Assembly: GCA_009914755.4 (NCBI GenBank)
Contig: CP068257.2
Location: 384,001 to 448,000, forward strand
Reading direction: 5' to 3'
Length of the DNA stretch: 64,000 bases
DNA from: the human T2T-CHM13v2.0 reference genome, Homo sapiens
Made by a program: the position numbers and the translations under genes. The notes beneath the pieces are model-generated. The model worked only from the letters and a program-made list of their open reading frames with translations. It made no database searches and was not told where the DNA came from. Of the stretch, positions 49,499 through 62,249 are shown piece by piece; within the stretch, counting starts at the first letter, position 1, and every line of letters starts with the position of its first letter.

Positions 49499-51900
49499 TG
49501 ATGATTTTCATTTAATGGTGTTCTACAAAGTGAGTTCAGGCAATGAAAGCACACATGTCATCTACAGTTTACCAGAAAGTAGTACCGGTCACCAGCATTG
49601 AAACATACTCCTAACACTGGAAAATTTCTTCAGCAGCCAGAATTAATCTCAGATTTTGAGACTGGAGCAAAGACTAATTTGGTATGTGTTCATTCAGATT
49701 AGTAAATCTCCATGGTGTTCAAACTGTATAATATCAAATCTAAAATAAGTCAAAAGAGTTGAACCATATCTCATCTCTGAGAAAAAAAATGCATTATTTT
49801 CAACAGATTTAAGACTGAATTTAAAATCCAACTGCCTATTCCAGTGTATGTTTCTCTAGAATAAGGCCAAGCCCTACAAATTCTGGATAGTGTCCTCCAA
49901 GTTGTGTTTAAGTGATAATTGATAAATCTATGGTTTAGATACATATGGAATTCCATATAACTCTAGCTCCAGCCTTTGTGAGTAAAAATTGGCAGTGATC
50001 ATGGCCTTAATGGGGGCATGTGGTTAATTGGAATTTTCAGTACCAAAAGTCGTCTTCTTACTAGTTTATCAGGGTACCTTATAATAGTATCCGTAACTCA
50101 TTGCCCACTTGTCTGTTTTGATTTCTTTTTTAAAAAGACAATTTTAAACTTAGAGGATTTGTACCTCAAGTCACATATGCGGCACATTTATAAAATAATC
50201 ATGCCTTTGCATATTTTTCCTTTGATATCTTAGCTATATATCCAAGCCATTTATGTTTTTTAATTGCCACAAATATTGCACTGAAATAGAGCACTAGTTG
50301 CAAAAATGCCTGGTATAACATTTCTTCTTGTACTTGAAAGTTATTTTAATACCCCATGTTTAAGATATTCCTAGACAACTATATGTAACTATAATTATTT
50401 CTGCTAGGTAGAAACATCTTTGTGGTCAACATTTGTGAAGTGCCTTGTAAATAAAAACATGCTTGAGTAGAAATAGTATTTTGCAAATATAGCCCTAAAT
50501 AGAGCTACTGATTTTACCAAGAATTAAAGACTCCAAACTCTGTCTTTGTCTTTCAAATTTGGTTTATAGGAACATCTCATTACAATGAGCAAAAAGCCTA
50601 TATGATCATTAATGAGATAATTTTGACACTTCTAAATGACACAGCTAATTTGTAGTAGGTTTTTGAAGTGCAAATTACATGTTTCTGTTTAAATAATGAC
50701 AGTAAAATATAGACACTATGTATTCACACTCTATATACACAACTAACTCCAACTTGTCTCTAGAAGAAAAGTTTAATTTTTCAGGTCTCATCCATAAAAT
50801 GAAGTGTTAATAAGCTGTATCTTTATTCTCACTTTTAAGTAATTTCTTCTTAACCATTGTATAACACTACTACAGTTTGTATGGAGATAAAATAACTCAT
50901 TGTGAGAAATCCAGTTCTTTAAAGAAATGATTTTACCTTCAATCACTTTTAGGATATCTATGGTTTTAGAGTAAGGATGAAAATTTATAAACATTTGTTA
51001 AATTATGCAACTGTTTTTGAAGATGTTTCAAAATTACACTTTCCTTATTTTACAACTAGTTTTCATATATTCACAAATGAGACACATGAGAATTATTAAT
51101 GCAAAAGCATAGCATATCAATAAAGTTTATAATGTAAATAGTTTAGTTAGGAAAGAATGTAATGAGTGAATTATCAAAGCTATTTTATTGGTTCCTAGAT
51201 TTACCATAGAAGAAAATAAAGCAGCCTTATAAAAATTTCTCAGCACTGAGTCCATTTAAGGTCTATTTTGTATGCTGTAAGTTCTACAAAATGTTATTGC
51301 TGGTAAAAATAGGGTACATATCTAAAATTGTCTTTTTAAAGGTTCTTTCTTATTCTTCTTCCCTTCCTATGTGTGCACAGAATAATGTCATCGTCTTGAT
51401 TGGAACACTGTCTCTCTTTCTCAGAGGGTGTACATTTGTAGAAGGGAGAAAATATTTGTTAATTTTGCTTCCTATAAAATAAGGTCTCAATGGTTGAAGG
51501 TCAGTTAACAAACTTTTTTTTTGGTCTTCATACTATTATCTTGGAATTACCAACTGGCTTCTATTTAGATTTTGAATAATGAAAGAAAAGAACTAGCATT
51601 TGTTAGAACTTACTGTGTTCCAGAAACTTTACTGATGCCATTTCTTCTCATTATCACATTCATTCTTTCAATTAGTATTATTTTTTTCCATCTTAATAAG
51701 GTGGGACCAGAGGTTTTGTAATATCCACTAACCCACTGTGGATTTCATGGCTTGCAAGAGGAAGAAAGCATGGTGGAACTCAGGTTTCTCGGATTCCAAA
51801 TTCACATCCTTTCATGTCTCCATGAAAAATAGAAAAGATAAATTGGGCTCTATTTTAACAAGAAAAACACAATTTTTCGTCATTTAAATGAATAATTCTT

Positions 51901-52021
51901 TTTTATTTTATTTTATTTTATTTTTATTATTATACTTTAAGTTTTAGGGTACATGTGCACATTGTGCAGATTAGTTACATATGTATACATGTGCCACGCT
52001 GGTGCGCTGCACCCAGATACC
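51901..52021 (-). mobile_element. Very short (~120 bp) L1 3'-end insertion, antisense, with a perfect 16 bp target-site duplication
   Basis: TTTTATTTTATTTTATTTTATTTTTATTATTATACTTTAAGTTTTAGGGTACATGTGCACATTGTGCAGATTAGTTACATATGTATACATGTGCCACGCTGGTGCGCTGCACCCAG is the reverse complement of the L1 3' terminus. TAAATGAATAATTCTT is present at 51885-51900 and again at 52022-52037. Confidence 0.92.
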
Positions 52022-53479
52022 TAAATGAATAATTCTTAAACCTCAAAAATAAAACGTAGCAAAACCTCAATTCAAGAGTAGACATAAAGGTTGTGACATG
52101 GGTAGCAGGGACATATGTCTAATGACATACATATTCTATGCATATCTGACCAAAAATCTCCCTCATGATTTTCAAATCAGATGCATAACTACATTTAATG
52201 AATTTCACGAATCATTAATATCAGGCTCTGAAAACAGGATCATTAAAAATGATTAAGATTTTCAACAACAAAGATCTTATCTAAATAGTAAGGAAATTAT
52301 ATTAGATGGCTCCATTCCCTGGGCAGTCTAATTAACAATTCAACTTGTTCAAAGCTATTAAATATGACAACTTAAAAAATTATGAAAGTTTTTCTAACTT
52401 TGTGCTTAAGATAGTTGGCCATTCTTCCTCTTGGGAAAAAGAAGCGCAGATTTTCTGTCGAAGCATTTTGCTATTGCTTTTCAATTTCCTTTTATGGAAA
52501 ATAGATAAAATAGCAATTTTTTAATTATAAATTTAAAGTCAAAATGGAGATAATTAAGTATCTCCATTAATTAAGTAAATATTATTTTTTTAAAAAATAG
52601 CATTTACTAAATTCTAATCTATCAATTGATTGACTATTTTTATCCCTGGCTCAATGTAACTCTCTTTGACATATTCTTGTCTTAATTCTAGTTTATGTCA
52701 ACAATGTGTAATCATAGATGACTCTTTGCCATTTTCATCTCTCAGTTCTATGAACACCTTTGATCTAACGATAATGTTTTCCAAAAGAATTATTTCTACT
52801 CAAACTTCTGAGATCAAATTTGTAGATTTAGTCTCACCCCAATCAATTCTTCAACTCTCAGGACACCAAATGGTGTCCTACAATTCAATTCAATCCTGAG
52901 ACTATCTATCTGGAGATAACATCAGATCCCAAAAGTTCAGGGATCAGGCCCACAAGACTGACCCCCACCATTAGAGAGGAGTTGTCGGCCTCCCGTACTC
53001 CTGACCAACTGTCTATAAATTAGGACTTCCATGGATTCCTTCCCCAGGTTCTATAATTTGCTAAGATGGCGCACAGAACCCAAGAAAGCACTTTGCTTAC
53101 AGTTACTGTCTGATACAAATCAGGAACTGTCAAATAGAAGAGACACATAGGGCCAGGTATGGTGAAAAGGGGCACAAAGCTGCCATATGACCTCTAAGTA
53201 TATCACTGTATCACGCTCCCAGCACCTCAGAGGTGATGGAGGAGAGAGCTGACAGTTTCAACCATCTAGTTATGCCTTCATGTTTCTGATGTCCAGCACC
53301 CACCCTGAAGCTATACGGGTCTCCAGCCACCACTCATGTCATGTCAATAGCATAAACTCAGGTATGGCTAAGAGGGACTTATGACTAGTAAAGGATGGTC
53401 CTCTCATCTCTATCAGGAAATTACAAGTTTTAGGAGCTCTGTACTGTGAACTGGGGAGGAAGACCAAATAGGACATAGC

Positions 53480-53700
53480 CTAGACCAGTTGTGCTAACTA
53501 CTGTGTGCCTCAAAATTGCCTACAGTTGTGTTACAATAAGAGATTGCTGAGACCTGCTATTGGAATTTCAGATTTGGTAGATCTGGGGGTGTAACCTGAG
53601 AATATGCAGTTCTAGTAAGTTCCCAGGTGATGCTGATGCTGCTAGCACAGGGACCACACTTCCAGACGGACTGAGTGAAACATCGTCGTTACTTATAATA
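53480..53700 (+). repeat. Probable ancient mammalian-wide interspersed repeat fragment (family not assigned)
   Basis: Contains the widely recurring motif ...CAGATTTGGTAGATCTGGGGGTGTAACCTGAGAATATGCAGTTCTAGTAAGTTCCCAGGTGATGCTGATGCTGCTAGCACAGGGACCACACTTC.... It is typical of an old interspersed repeat in mammalian genomes. A similar motif in the opposite orientation occurs around 19400-19530. Confidence 0.3.
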
Positions 53701-55199
53701 GGAACTTCTCTGGAGTCACAATTTCATTCATCCCATTCTCTGAGCTCCTCCTTTAATCATTCCCTTTCATACGCTGACATAAAATTTTTCAATCTCTCTG
53801 AGACCTCCAAACTATTATTTTATCATATTCACAATGACCCTTACCTACTTGATGTACTCTATTTCCTGTTCTCCTGCCTAAATTCCATGGCCAACCATTC
53901 CCGGGAAACTTCAACTTCCTTGTTTCTCTTTCACTTTGCTGAATCTAACCAGGAAAATAACCCTGGTTAGATCCAAATTTCCACCAAATCCCCACATATA
54001 TTTGAGCAACTAGCTATATGGATCAAATTGAAAAATATCCCACTTGAAAATGAGAATCTCAGTGCTGCCTATCAATCAATCATACTACATATGTTCCAAT
54101 CTATTCACTCTCTAATTTACCTAGTTTTGTACCTTATCCTGTCTCTAATCCCTAACACTTCCCCAGAAATCCTCAATGTCTTTTTGGTTGTGCTTCCCTG
54201 AGAACATTGAATCATCCAAAGACAACTTCCACAGACTCCTGAAACCATTTAAACTCACTTTCCCATGTCTACACCCACATACTCTCCATTTTCACCTATT
54301 ATTATCTGTGAAATAACTGGCCCCTATCTGTATATTGTCTGATGATGATTTCTATATTACATGTGAAGAAAATGAGAATAGGGTTAGAGCTACTTTCTCA
54401 TTATAGCATAGCTTAGAATCAAATCCACGCAGTCCACCACTGAAACTGGGGTTCCAAGTCAGTGTATTTGGAGAAGGAGAGCTAGTAGAAAAATAAGGAT
54501 GAAAAGATCCAGGATGAAGATTCTGATGGAAGAAAAGGACATTTTTACTATTATGAACTCCTTGAAGTAGACCTTAAGCATTCTCATCTGGACAAATATC
54601 CATTCATCCACTCCAGTGAGCTGATTAAGTTTTAGGATTTTAAGGGTCAGTGAACACTTATTCCTCATTCAGCAGTTAAAGAAGGATTAATATGAATATT
54701 ATCTTGGAGAAGTTTCATTTAAAACATATTTGATTGATTTTTGGCAATTGTCTTCTATCAGATCTTTACCAATCCATATGAGTTGGTAGGAAGGGAGAAA
54801 ACACAAAATTTAATCAGATGCCTGAAGTTAGGGAACATTTTATAACCAACTCAGGGGGAAAAATGCTCAAAAGGGGAAAGATGAGGACAGAAAATACATT
54901 TCAAAGATTTTAACTTTTTGACAAAATGTCAATTCTATGCAAGAAAAACTGATTGTGTGAATATAACTTTGTCATTTACATCTGCCAATGTGTTCAGAAA
55001 TATACAACCTATATTTTTTTAATAGTAGTTTGTTAACACAAAATGTATTCATCAAAATATCTAAAACATTCTAAAAATACTAAAAATTTTCAATTTAAAG
55101 ATTAAGCTAAACAGCTCTGTATATATAAGTAAGCTCAAACAAACGTGCATGCTCCCCAACAATGACACTGCTACAGATATTGACTGGTGGTTTTGGTTT

Positions 55200-57327
55200 C
55201 ATTTCATTTTATAATGGCAAATCTGGTTAAGACCCAGATTCTGGGCTGGGCGCAGTGGCTCACGTCTGTGATCCCAGCACTTTGGGAGGCTGAGGCAGGC
55301 AAATCACAAGGTCAACAGATCGGGACCATCCTGGCCAACATGGTGAAACCCCATCTCTACTAAAAAAAATACAAAAATTAGCTGGGCATGGTGGCACGTG
55401 CCTGTAGTCCCAGTTACTTGGGAGGCTGAGGCAGGAGAATCACTTGGACCTGGGAGGCAGAGGTTGCATGAGCCGAGACTGTGCCACTGTACTCCAGCCT
55501 GGTAACAGAGAGATACTCCATCTCAAAACAAAACAAAACCCCAGATTCTGAACTGACTCTCACAATAAGGATCTCAATTGCTTCAAAGAGAATAAAATAC
55601 CTAGAAATCCAACTTACAAGGGATGTGAAGGACCACTTCAAGGAGAACTACAAACCACTGCTCAATGAAATAAGATACAAACAAATGTAAGAACCTTCCA
55701 TGCTCATGGGTAGGAAGAATCAATATTGTGAAAATGGCCATACTGCCCAAGGTAATTTATAGATTCAATGCCATCCCCATCAAGCTACCAATGACTTTCT
55801 TCACAGAATTGGAAAAAACTACTTTAAACTTCATACGGAACCAAAAAAGAGCCTGGATTGCCAAGTCAATCCTAAGCCAAGAGAACAAAGCTGGAGGTAC
55901 CACGCTGCCTGACTTCAAACTATACTACAAGGTTACAGTGACCAAAACAGCATGGTACTGGTACCAAAAGAGAGATAGAGGCCAATGGAACAGAACATAG
56001 CCCTCAGAAATAATGCCACATGTCTACAGCTATCTGATCGTTGACAAACCTGACAGAAACAAGAACTAGGGAAAGGATTCCCTATTTAATAACTGGTGCT
56101 GGGAAAACTAGCTAGCCATATGGATCCCTTCCTTACACCTTACACCTTATACAAAAATTAATTCAAGATGGATTAAAGATTTACATGTTAGACCTAAAAC
56201 CATAAAAACCCTGGAACAAAACTAGGCAATACTATTCAGGACATAGGCATGGGCAGGGACTTCATGTCTAAAACACCAAAAGCAATGGCAACAAAAGCCA
56301 AAATTGACAAATGGGATCTAATTAAACTAAAGAGCTTCTGCACAGCAAAAGAAACCACCATCAGAGTGAACAGGCAGCCTACAGAATGGGAGAAAAGTTT
56401 TGCAATCTACTCACCTGACAAAGGGCAAATATCCAGCATCTACAATGAACTCCAACAAATTTACAAGAAAAAAGCAACCCCATCAAAAAGTGGGAGAAGG
56501 ATATGAACAGACACTTCTCAAAAGAAGACATTTATGCAGCCAAAAAACACATGAAAAAATGCTCACCATCACTGCCTATCAGAGAAATGCAAATCAAAAC
56601 GACAATGAGATACCATCTCCCACCAGTTAGAATGGCAGTCATTAAAATGTCAGGAGACAACAGGTACTGGAGAGGATGTGGAGAAATAGGAACACTTTTA
56701 CACTGTTGATGGGACTGTAAACTAGTTCAAACATCGTGAAAGTCGGTGTGGGGATTCCTCAGGGATCTAGAACTAGAAATACCATTTGACCCAGCCATCC
56801 CATTACTGGGTATATACCCAAAGGATTATAAATCATGCTGCTCTAAAAACACATGCACACGTATGTTTATTGTGACACTATTCACAATAGCAAAGACTTG
56901 GAGCCAACCCAAATGTCCAAAAATGATAGACTGGATTAAGAAAATGTGGCACATATACACCATGGAATCCTATGCAGCCATAAAAAATGATGAGTTCATG
57001 TCCTTTGTAGGGACATGGATGAAGCTGGAAACCATCATTCTCAGCAAACTATCACAAGGACAAAAACCAAACACCACATGTTCTCACTCATAGGTGGGAA
57101 TTGAACAATGAGAACACATGGACACAGGAAGGGTAACATCACACAATGGGGACTGTTGTGGGGTGGGGGGAGGGGGGAGGAATTGCATTAGAAGATATAC
57201 CTAATGTTAAATGATGAGTTAATGGGTGCAGCACAACAACATGGCACATGTATACATATGTAACAAACCTGCACGTTCTGCACATGTACCCTAAAACTTA
57301 ATGTATAATAATGATAATTAAAAAAAG
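55200..57327 (+). mobile_element. L1PA-like 3' portion (ORF2 C-terminal half plus 3' UTR, ~1.8 kb of L1), sense, carrying an Alu insertion
   Basis: Plus-strand peptides ...[32 protein letters not shown]..., [83 protein letters not shown]..., [51 protein letters not shown]..., [106 protein letters not shown]. The canonical 3' UTR and a poly-A follow at about 57320. The 5' limit is approximate (about 55200). Confidence 0.9.
55244..55538 (+). mobile_element. Alu SINE (sense) inserted into the L1, with an 11 bp target-site duplication
   Basis: GGCTGGGCGCAGTGGCTCACGTCTGTGATCCCAGCACTTTGGGAGGCTGAGGCAGGCAAATCACAAGGTCAACAGATCGGGACCATCCTGGCCAACATGGTGAAACCCC... tail CAAAACAAAACAAAAC. Flanked by CCCAGATTCTG at 55233-55243 and 55540-55550. 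Confidence 0.92.
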
Positions 57328-60300
57328 AAATGAAAACATATGTCCACACACACACAAAAAAAAGAAAAAAACTAAGGATCTCAAAGAGGTCAATATGTAT
57401 ATAATCTATTCTTAAAGAAAAATTTTCTCCAATTGTTTATTGAAATATCACACAGGCTCTGACTTTGTTTATATCCTTAAAAAGTATGTAGATTTATTTG
57501 TAGCTTTTGTAAAGTGAAAGCTCAGAATGTCTACTCTGTTCTGGTACCACTTTAGTTTAATTGTTGGAAAATATTTAATAAAAATGAATTACTCAACAAA
57601 TGGAAAATTTGAATTTGCATACTAAATTTTTACTTCATATTATCAACTCTTGAAAAATAAGTGTGTATATTAGAAATGACACTCATTTGACTATACCATA
57701 ATATATTTCAGACTTTTTGTCTTCAGCTACAGAATTTCTCCATCCTTTGAATTATGTTAGCGGGCTTTAGTTGGCCAGTATTGGTGATTCGCCTCCACTA
57801 ATTCACAACTCTATTATTTTACCCCTGGGGATGCATTTCCATAGTTCTGCCTTGTTATGAGTGTCATTTTTTTCTTCTGTTTTGTTGACTGCCATTCAAA
57901 TAGTTTTGGCTTTATCAGAGATTTTCACTTTATTGTTTGTCACCCCCTCATTTTTTTAGCTTCTCATAATTTACTGTATTATATCTGCCTGGGCTTTTGG
58001 TTCCTTTACAGATGTGTTTCACTTTATTTTTAGCTTATGATACTTCTAAATCTGTACCCTTTTAATTTTCACTTGCTTCATCGTCACATTCTTGTGTGTT
58101 GTTTTCATTTCAAAATACCAGAAAGTAGGATGTCTCAGCATCTTGGTGAGTGGAATAGTTTATTTATAATCCAAAAAAACTCCATACTTTTTGTGAGCTA
58201 TCTGCTTCTAAGTAAAAATTTTATATATAAATTCTTGAAAAAAAATCTTAAACTTCTAAGGGATTGAATGAGATTTTAAAAAACATTCTATACAACAATG
58301 GGTGCAAAATTTGTATTCCTCTACTCAAGAGAAATAATGAACATTTGTTATTAGTTTACTAACATCTAAATGTTAATGTATTCAATTATATATTATTAAA
58401 ACACGATTAAGCTTAATAGGTGGAAAAGTATAAAACAAACAAGTGTATAATTTACCTTTATTAATATGAAACATCTTTTTCTCTCCTGAAAATAAAGATT
58501 AACCAGTGGTGTGCTGGGGCGGGAGGGGGTGTGTTGGAGGAAGAAAAGGTATGATTTGCCAATTTAAGCACAAAACTGAAAATGCTTATTAACCTTTACT
58601 AGCTCCAGATATCTTTTAACATATATTGAAATTTATGACCCTTAAAAAGAAAACATATATAGAGATTTTGACAAAACTTTGCAGTTCCACTCATGGATCC
58701 TTGTATAAGAATCCCTTTTATATGTGTGTTTGCAATTTAAAGAGTTCAGACTTTATGATTCACAGGTGACAATTAATGATTTAAAATCAACACTTAGGCT
58801 TTTATAATTTGGGAGTCAGGTGTTTAACTGTTGTAGTATAACTGCTTCTTCTCAGAGAAACTTAGGAACTAAGACCAGGGAAATGTCCCTTGGTGTGCAA
58901 CACACCTCTTCTTTCTGAACATGTCGTATAAGAAGCTAACTTTGTCTCAAAGTTTATATGACTTTTGCATTTGCAGTTACTAGCTATTTTCTTTTGGAAC
59001 TGTAGGACTTGGAGAACTTTCCCTCTACCCTCTGAAGGTATGATAACTGAGTCTATGAAATAAATGGATAACAGGCATGTCAAAAGAAGAAAAGGTATAC
59101 ACATTTATTACACGCATGGGGGAATCACAGGAAAGAAAAGTGGAATCAAAAACAAAACAAAACAAAACAAACAAAACACCACCAAGAAAAAACCCCAGTG
59201 AGATTTAGGAGCATATAGGGAAGGCAGGAGGAAGAATGTAGGAAACTTAGGGGAGAGCAAATGACTTTTGGGAAAGATGACCAGACCCTTAGGAGAATAG
59301 ATGATAGTTTGTGGCAGTCTGTCTTGGTGTGGTATGGACCCTTAGTCTTGTCTCCTGTGATATAAGGAGTCAATTTTCCCTGGCTGATGCAACTCCTAGG
59401 AAGGAGATGAATGTCTTTGTGCTCACAAGACAGTATCTTGAAGCTTTGTTTTCCAGTTCAGTTCTAAATCTTCAGTGTATAAAAATCTCCTCATCATGCT
59501 TTGGATGTTATGGTAGATAAATGGTATCTTTACAAAGATACATTCATTCTGGTATTGAAAGTTCCTTTTGGAGGATCTCTCTTGAGGAACGTAAAGGGAG
59601 TGCAGAGAAAGCACGTCCCGCATTTGTTGTTTTTCAAATATTTTCAGTTCAATGTAATCAGTACACCAAAGTAATCCATTCAGGACTGGCATTTCCTGAA
59701 CACCTTCAGAACTCTTTTTGATCCCATGTTATTTCTATGAGATCACGTGATTTAAGACCAACTTTTACTTGCCACTTACACATATATTGAAAAGGCAAAC
59801 TTTCCTTTCATAGTTTGCTAATTTTGGCAAAGTACTTTAACAAAAGTTAAATTAAATGAGTAAGTGAAATTTTCTGTTCTATTGTTTTGAAAACAATTCT
59901 AGAAGCTGTCCTTGTAAGAACAGCAAAAAGAGAAAAAGATAATTCTCAACTGCTATTTCAACCATTCTTTGCTTAACAATGAATCTAATTAAAAGGCAAA
60001 ACTCTCTATTTCAGGTTTATATGTGTCAATTGCTTGATTAGAAAGTAAATTATTTACCACATATAATCTGGTGTCAAAAAACTTATAATAAAATTACTTT
60101 GATTTTATTGCATATAAGTTTGTGAATTTAAATCTCAACTGACAGTGATGAATTTATTTGCTTTGTGCTGACAAGGCAGTATCTTGAAGTTTTGTTTTCC
60201 AACTCAGTTCTAAATCTACAGTGTATCAAAATCTCCTCGTTATGCTTTGGGTGTTATGGTACATAAATGGTATCTTCACAAAGATACATTCATTCTGGTA

Positions 60301-61900
60301 CTGAAAGTGCCTACTTAAAATTCTGCATGAACAGTTTTATTGAAAAAATATGTAGACAAGCCATTAATTATACACAGTGATTTGGAACAAATTCTTACAA
60401 GAAGCATAGCGTGTCTTCCATTAACTGTATACAATTTATAAAAAGTTACTGAAAGTCTTCCTGAAGTTAAACAATAAATCTTTTAAATTTAACCACTGTG
60501 CTCCCTCAAAGGTAATTTTTTCTTTATGACACTCACTTAGGGGATACAGTCAGATCTCAGCCTACTTTAAACAATTAGGCAGTATTTTTAGTGCACTTTT
60601 CTGTTTGTTAAAAAGCTAGTTGTCAAGAATAAGTTGCTCATATATCTTCCTCAATTACTTTTTATTTTGTTTTGTAATTATTATTCTATTTTGGTTTTCC
60701 TTTAGAATTGTGAAATATCTTGAATCAGAAATTGCAGAGAATATATAAATGAGTAAGAATGCACTCTGCAATCAAACTAGATCTCGAAAGTGTTTTGTTG
60801 TAGTTTATACCTTGAATTCGAAGGCCATTCTATACAAGGCACTTGAAAAATTTTCAAGCTCATATATTTCATAATAGTACAGAATTTATTGTTCTTTTAT
60901 TTGCAAGGAGATAGACCAGATAAAATGTCACTTTATTTTTTACAATGTTGACTTTGATATTCTAAACTTGTCAGTTTATACAGATTAATGAAGACTCCAT
61001 ACATGTAAAATTCACTATATATTTTTTTCTGGTATGAGAGTCTAAACAAATAGTAACAACATACCCAAACAGGTAAAGTAAAAATATACAATAGCTTGAC
61101 AAAAAAAAAGAAGAAAAAATAAACCCCTATACATTCCTTAACATTTAAATCTTTGAGGACCAAATTGGATTCAAAAGAAACATTTCTGGTGGGCAGGGAA
61201 AGGGCTAAAAATCTAAAGTATATAATAAGTAAATTCCTCATTGGTATAAAATATATGACCAGCATGACATTTCAATACATGTTCAAGTTTTCTGAAAAAA
61301 GTTCTAGGATAATAGGATTTCAACTTTTGATTCTACAGATATCATTCTTGTGATTGGTATGGGAGAATCATCCTCTTCATGTATTAGTGGATTCAAATGA
61401 AAAAAAATCAGGCAGCTAGTTCCTTTCCAAGAAGCCTTAGAGATTGTTGTACATAAAAATAGCCATATTTCTGATTCAAATTTTAATTAGAGAATTCTCT
61501 TTATTCCCTCTTCGGCATAAAATTATGCACTGGCACTCTGCTCTGCAGACAAGTAAAACTTCTTATCTGTCATAATTTGAGATACCCAAGACTCAGAAGA
61601 TATTATCTCCTAGCTGAAAGTCCCCAAAAACTTCTCAAGACAAAAAAAAACAAAAAGTTAAATACACAGAGATAGAGTATAAAACAGTGGTTACCAGGGG
61701 CTGGGGGTGAGAAGAGAAAATGGAGAGAGAGAATTCAAAGGATGCAAAGTTGCAGATATGTAGAATTAACAAGTTGAGGGATCTAATATACAACATGAGG
61801 ACTGTAGGTATTAATATTTATTGTATATGGCATTTAACTAAAAGGGTAGTTTGTAGGTACTCTTTCCTCACACACATATCCAAAAGAAAGGTAACTGAGA

Positions 61901-62249
61901 TTTTCAAAGGGAATGCTTCCAGGTTTTGCCCATTCAGTATGATATTGGCTGTGGGTTTGACATAAATAGCTCTTATTATTTTGAGATACATCCCATCAAT
62001 ATCTAATTTATTGAGAGTTTTTAGCACGAAGGTTGTTGAATTTTGTCAAAGGGCTTTTCTGCATCTATTGACATAATCATGTAGTTTTTGACGTTGGTTC
62101 TGTTTGTATGATGGATTATGTGTATTGATTTGTGTATGTTGAACCAGCCTTGCATCCCAGGGATGCAGCCCATTTGATCATGGTGGATAAGCTTTTTGAT
62201 TTGCTGCTGGATTCGGTTTGGTAGTATTTTATTGAGGATTTCGCAATCC
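61901..62249 (-). mobile_element. L1 ORF2 fragment (antisense), ending exactly at the satellite boundary
   Basis: TTTTCAAAGGGAATGCTTCCAGGTTTTGCCCATTCAGTATGATATTGGCTGTGGGTTTG...CCTTGCATCCCAGGGATGCAGCCCATTTGATCATGGTGGATAAGCTTTTTGATTTGCTGCTGGATTCGGTTTGGTAGTATTTTATTGAGGATTT parallels 41270-41650 of the full-length L1 above. Homology stops at 62249 and is followed by (CCACT/CCATT)n. Confidence 0.88.
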
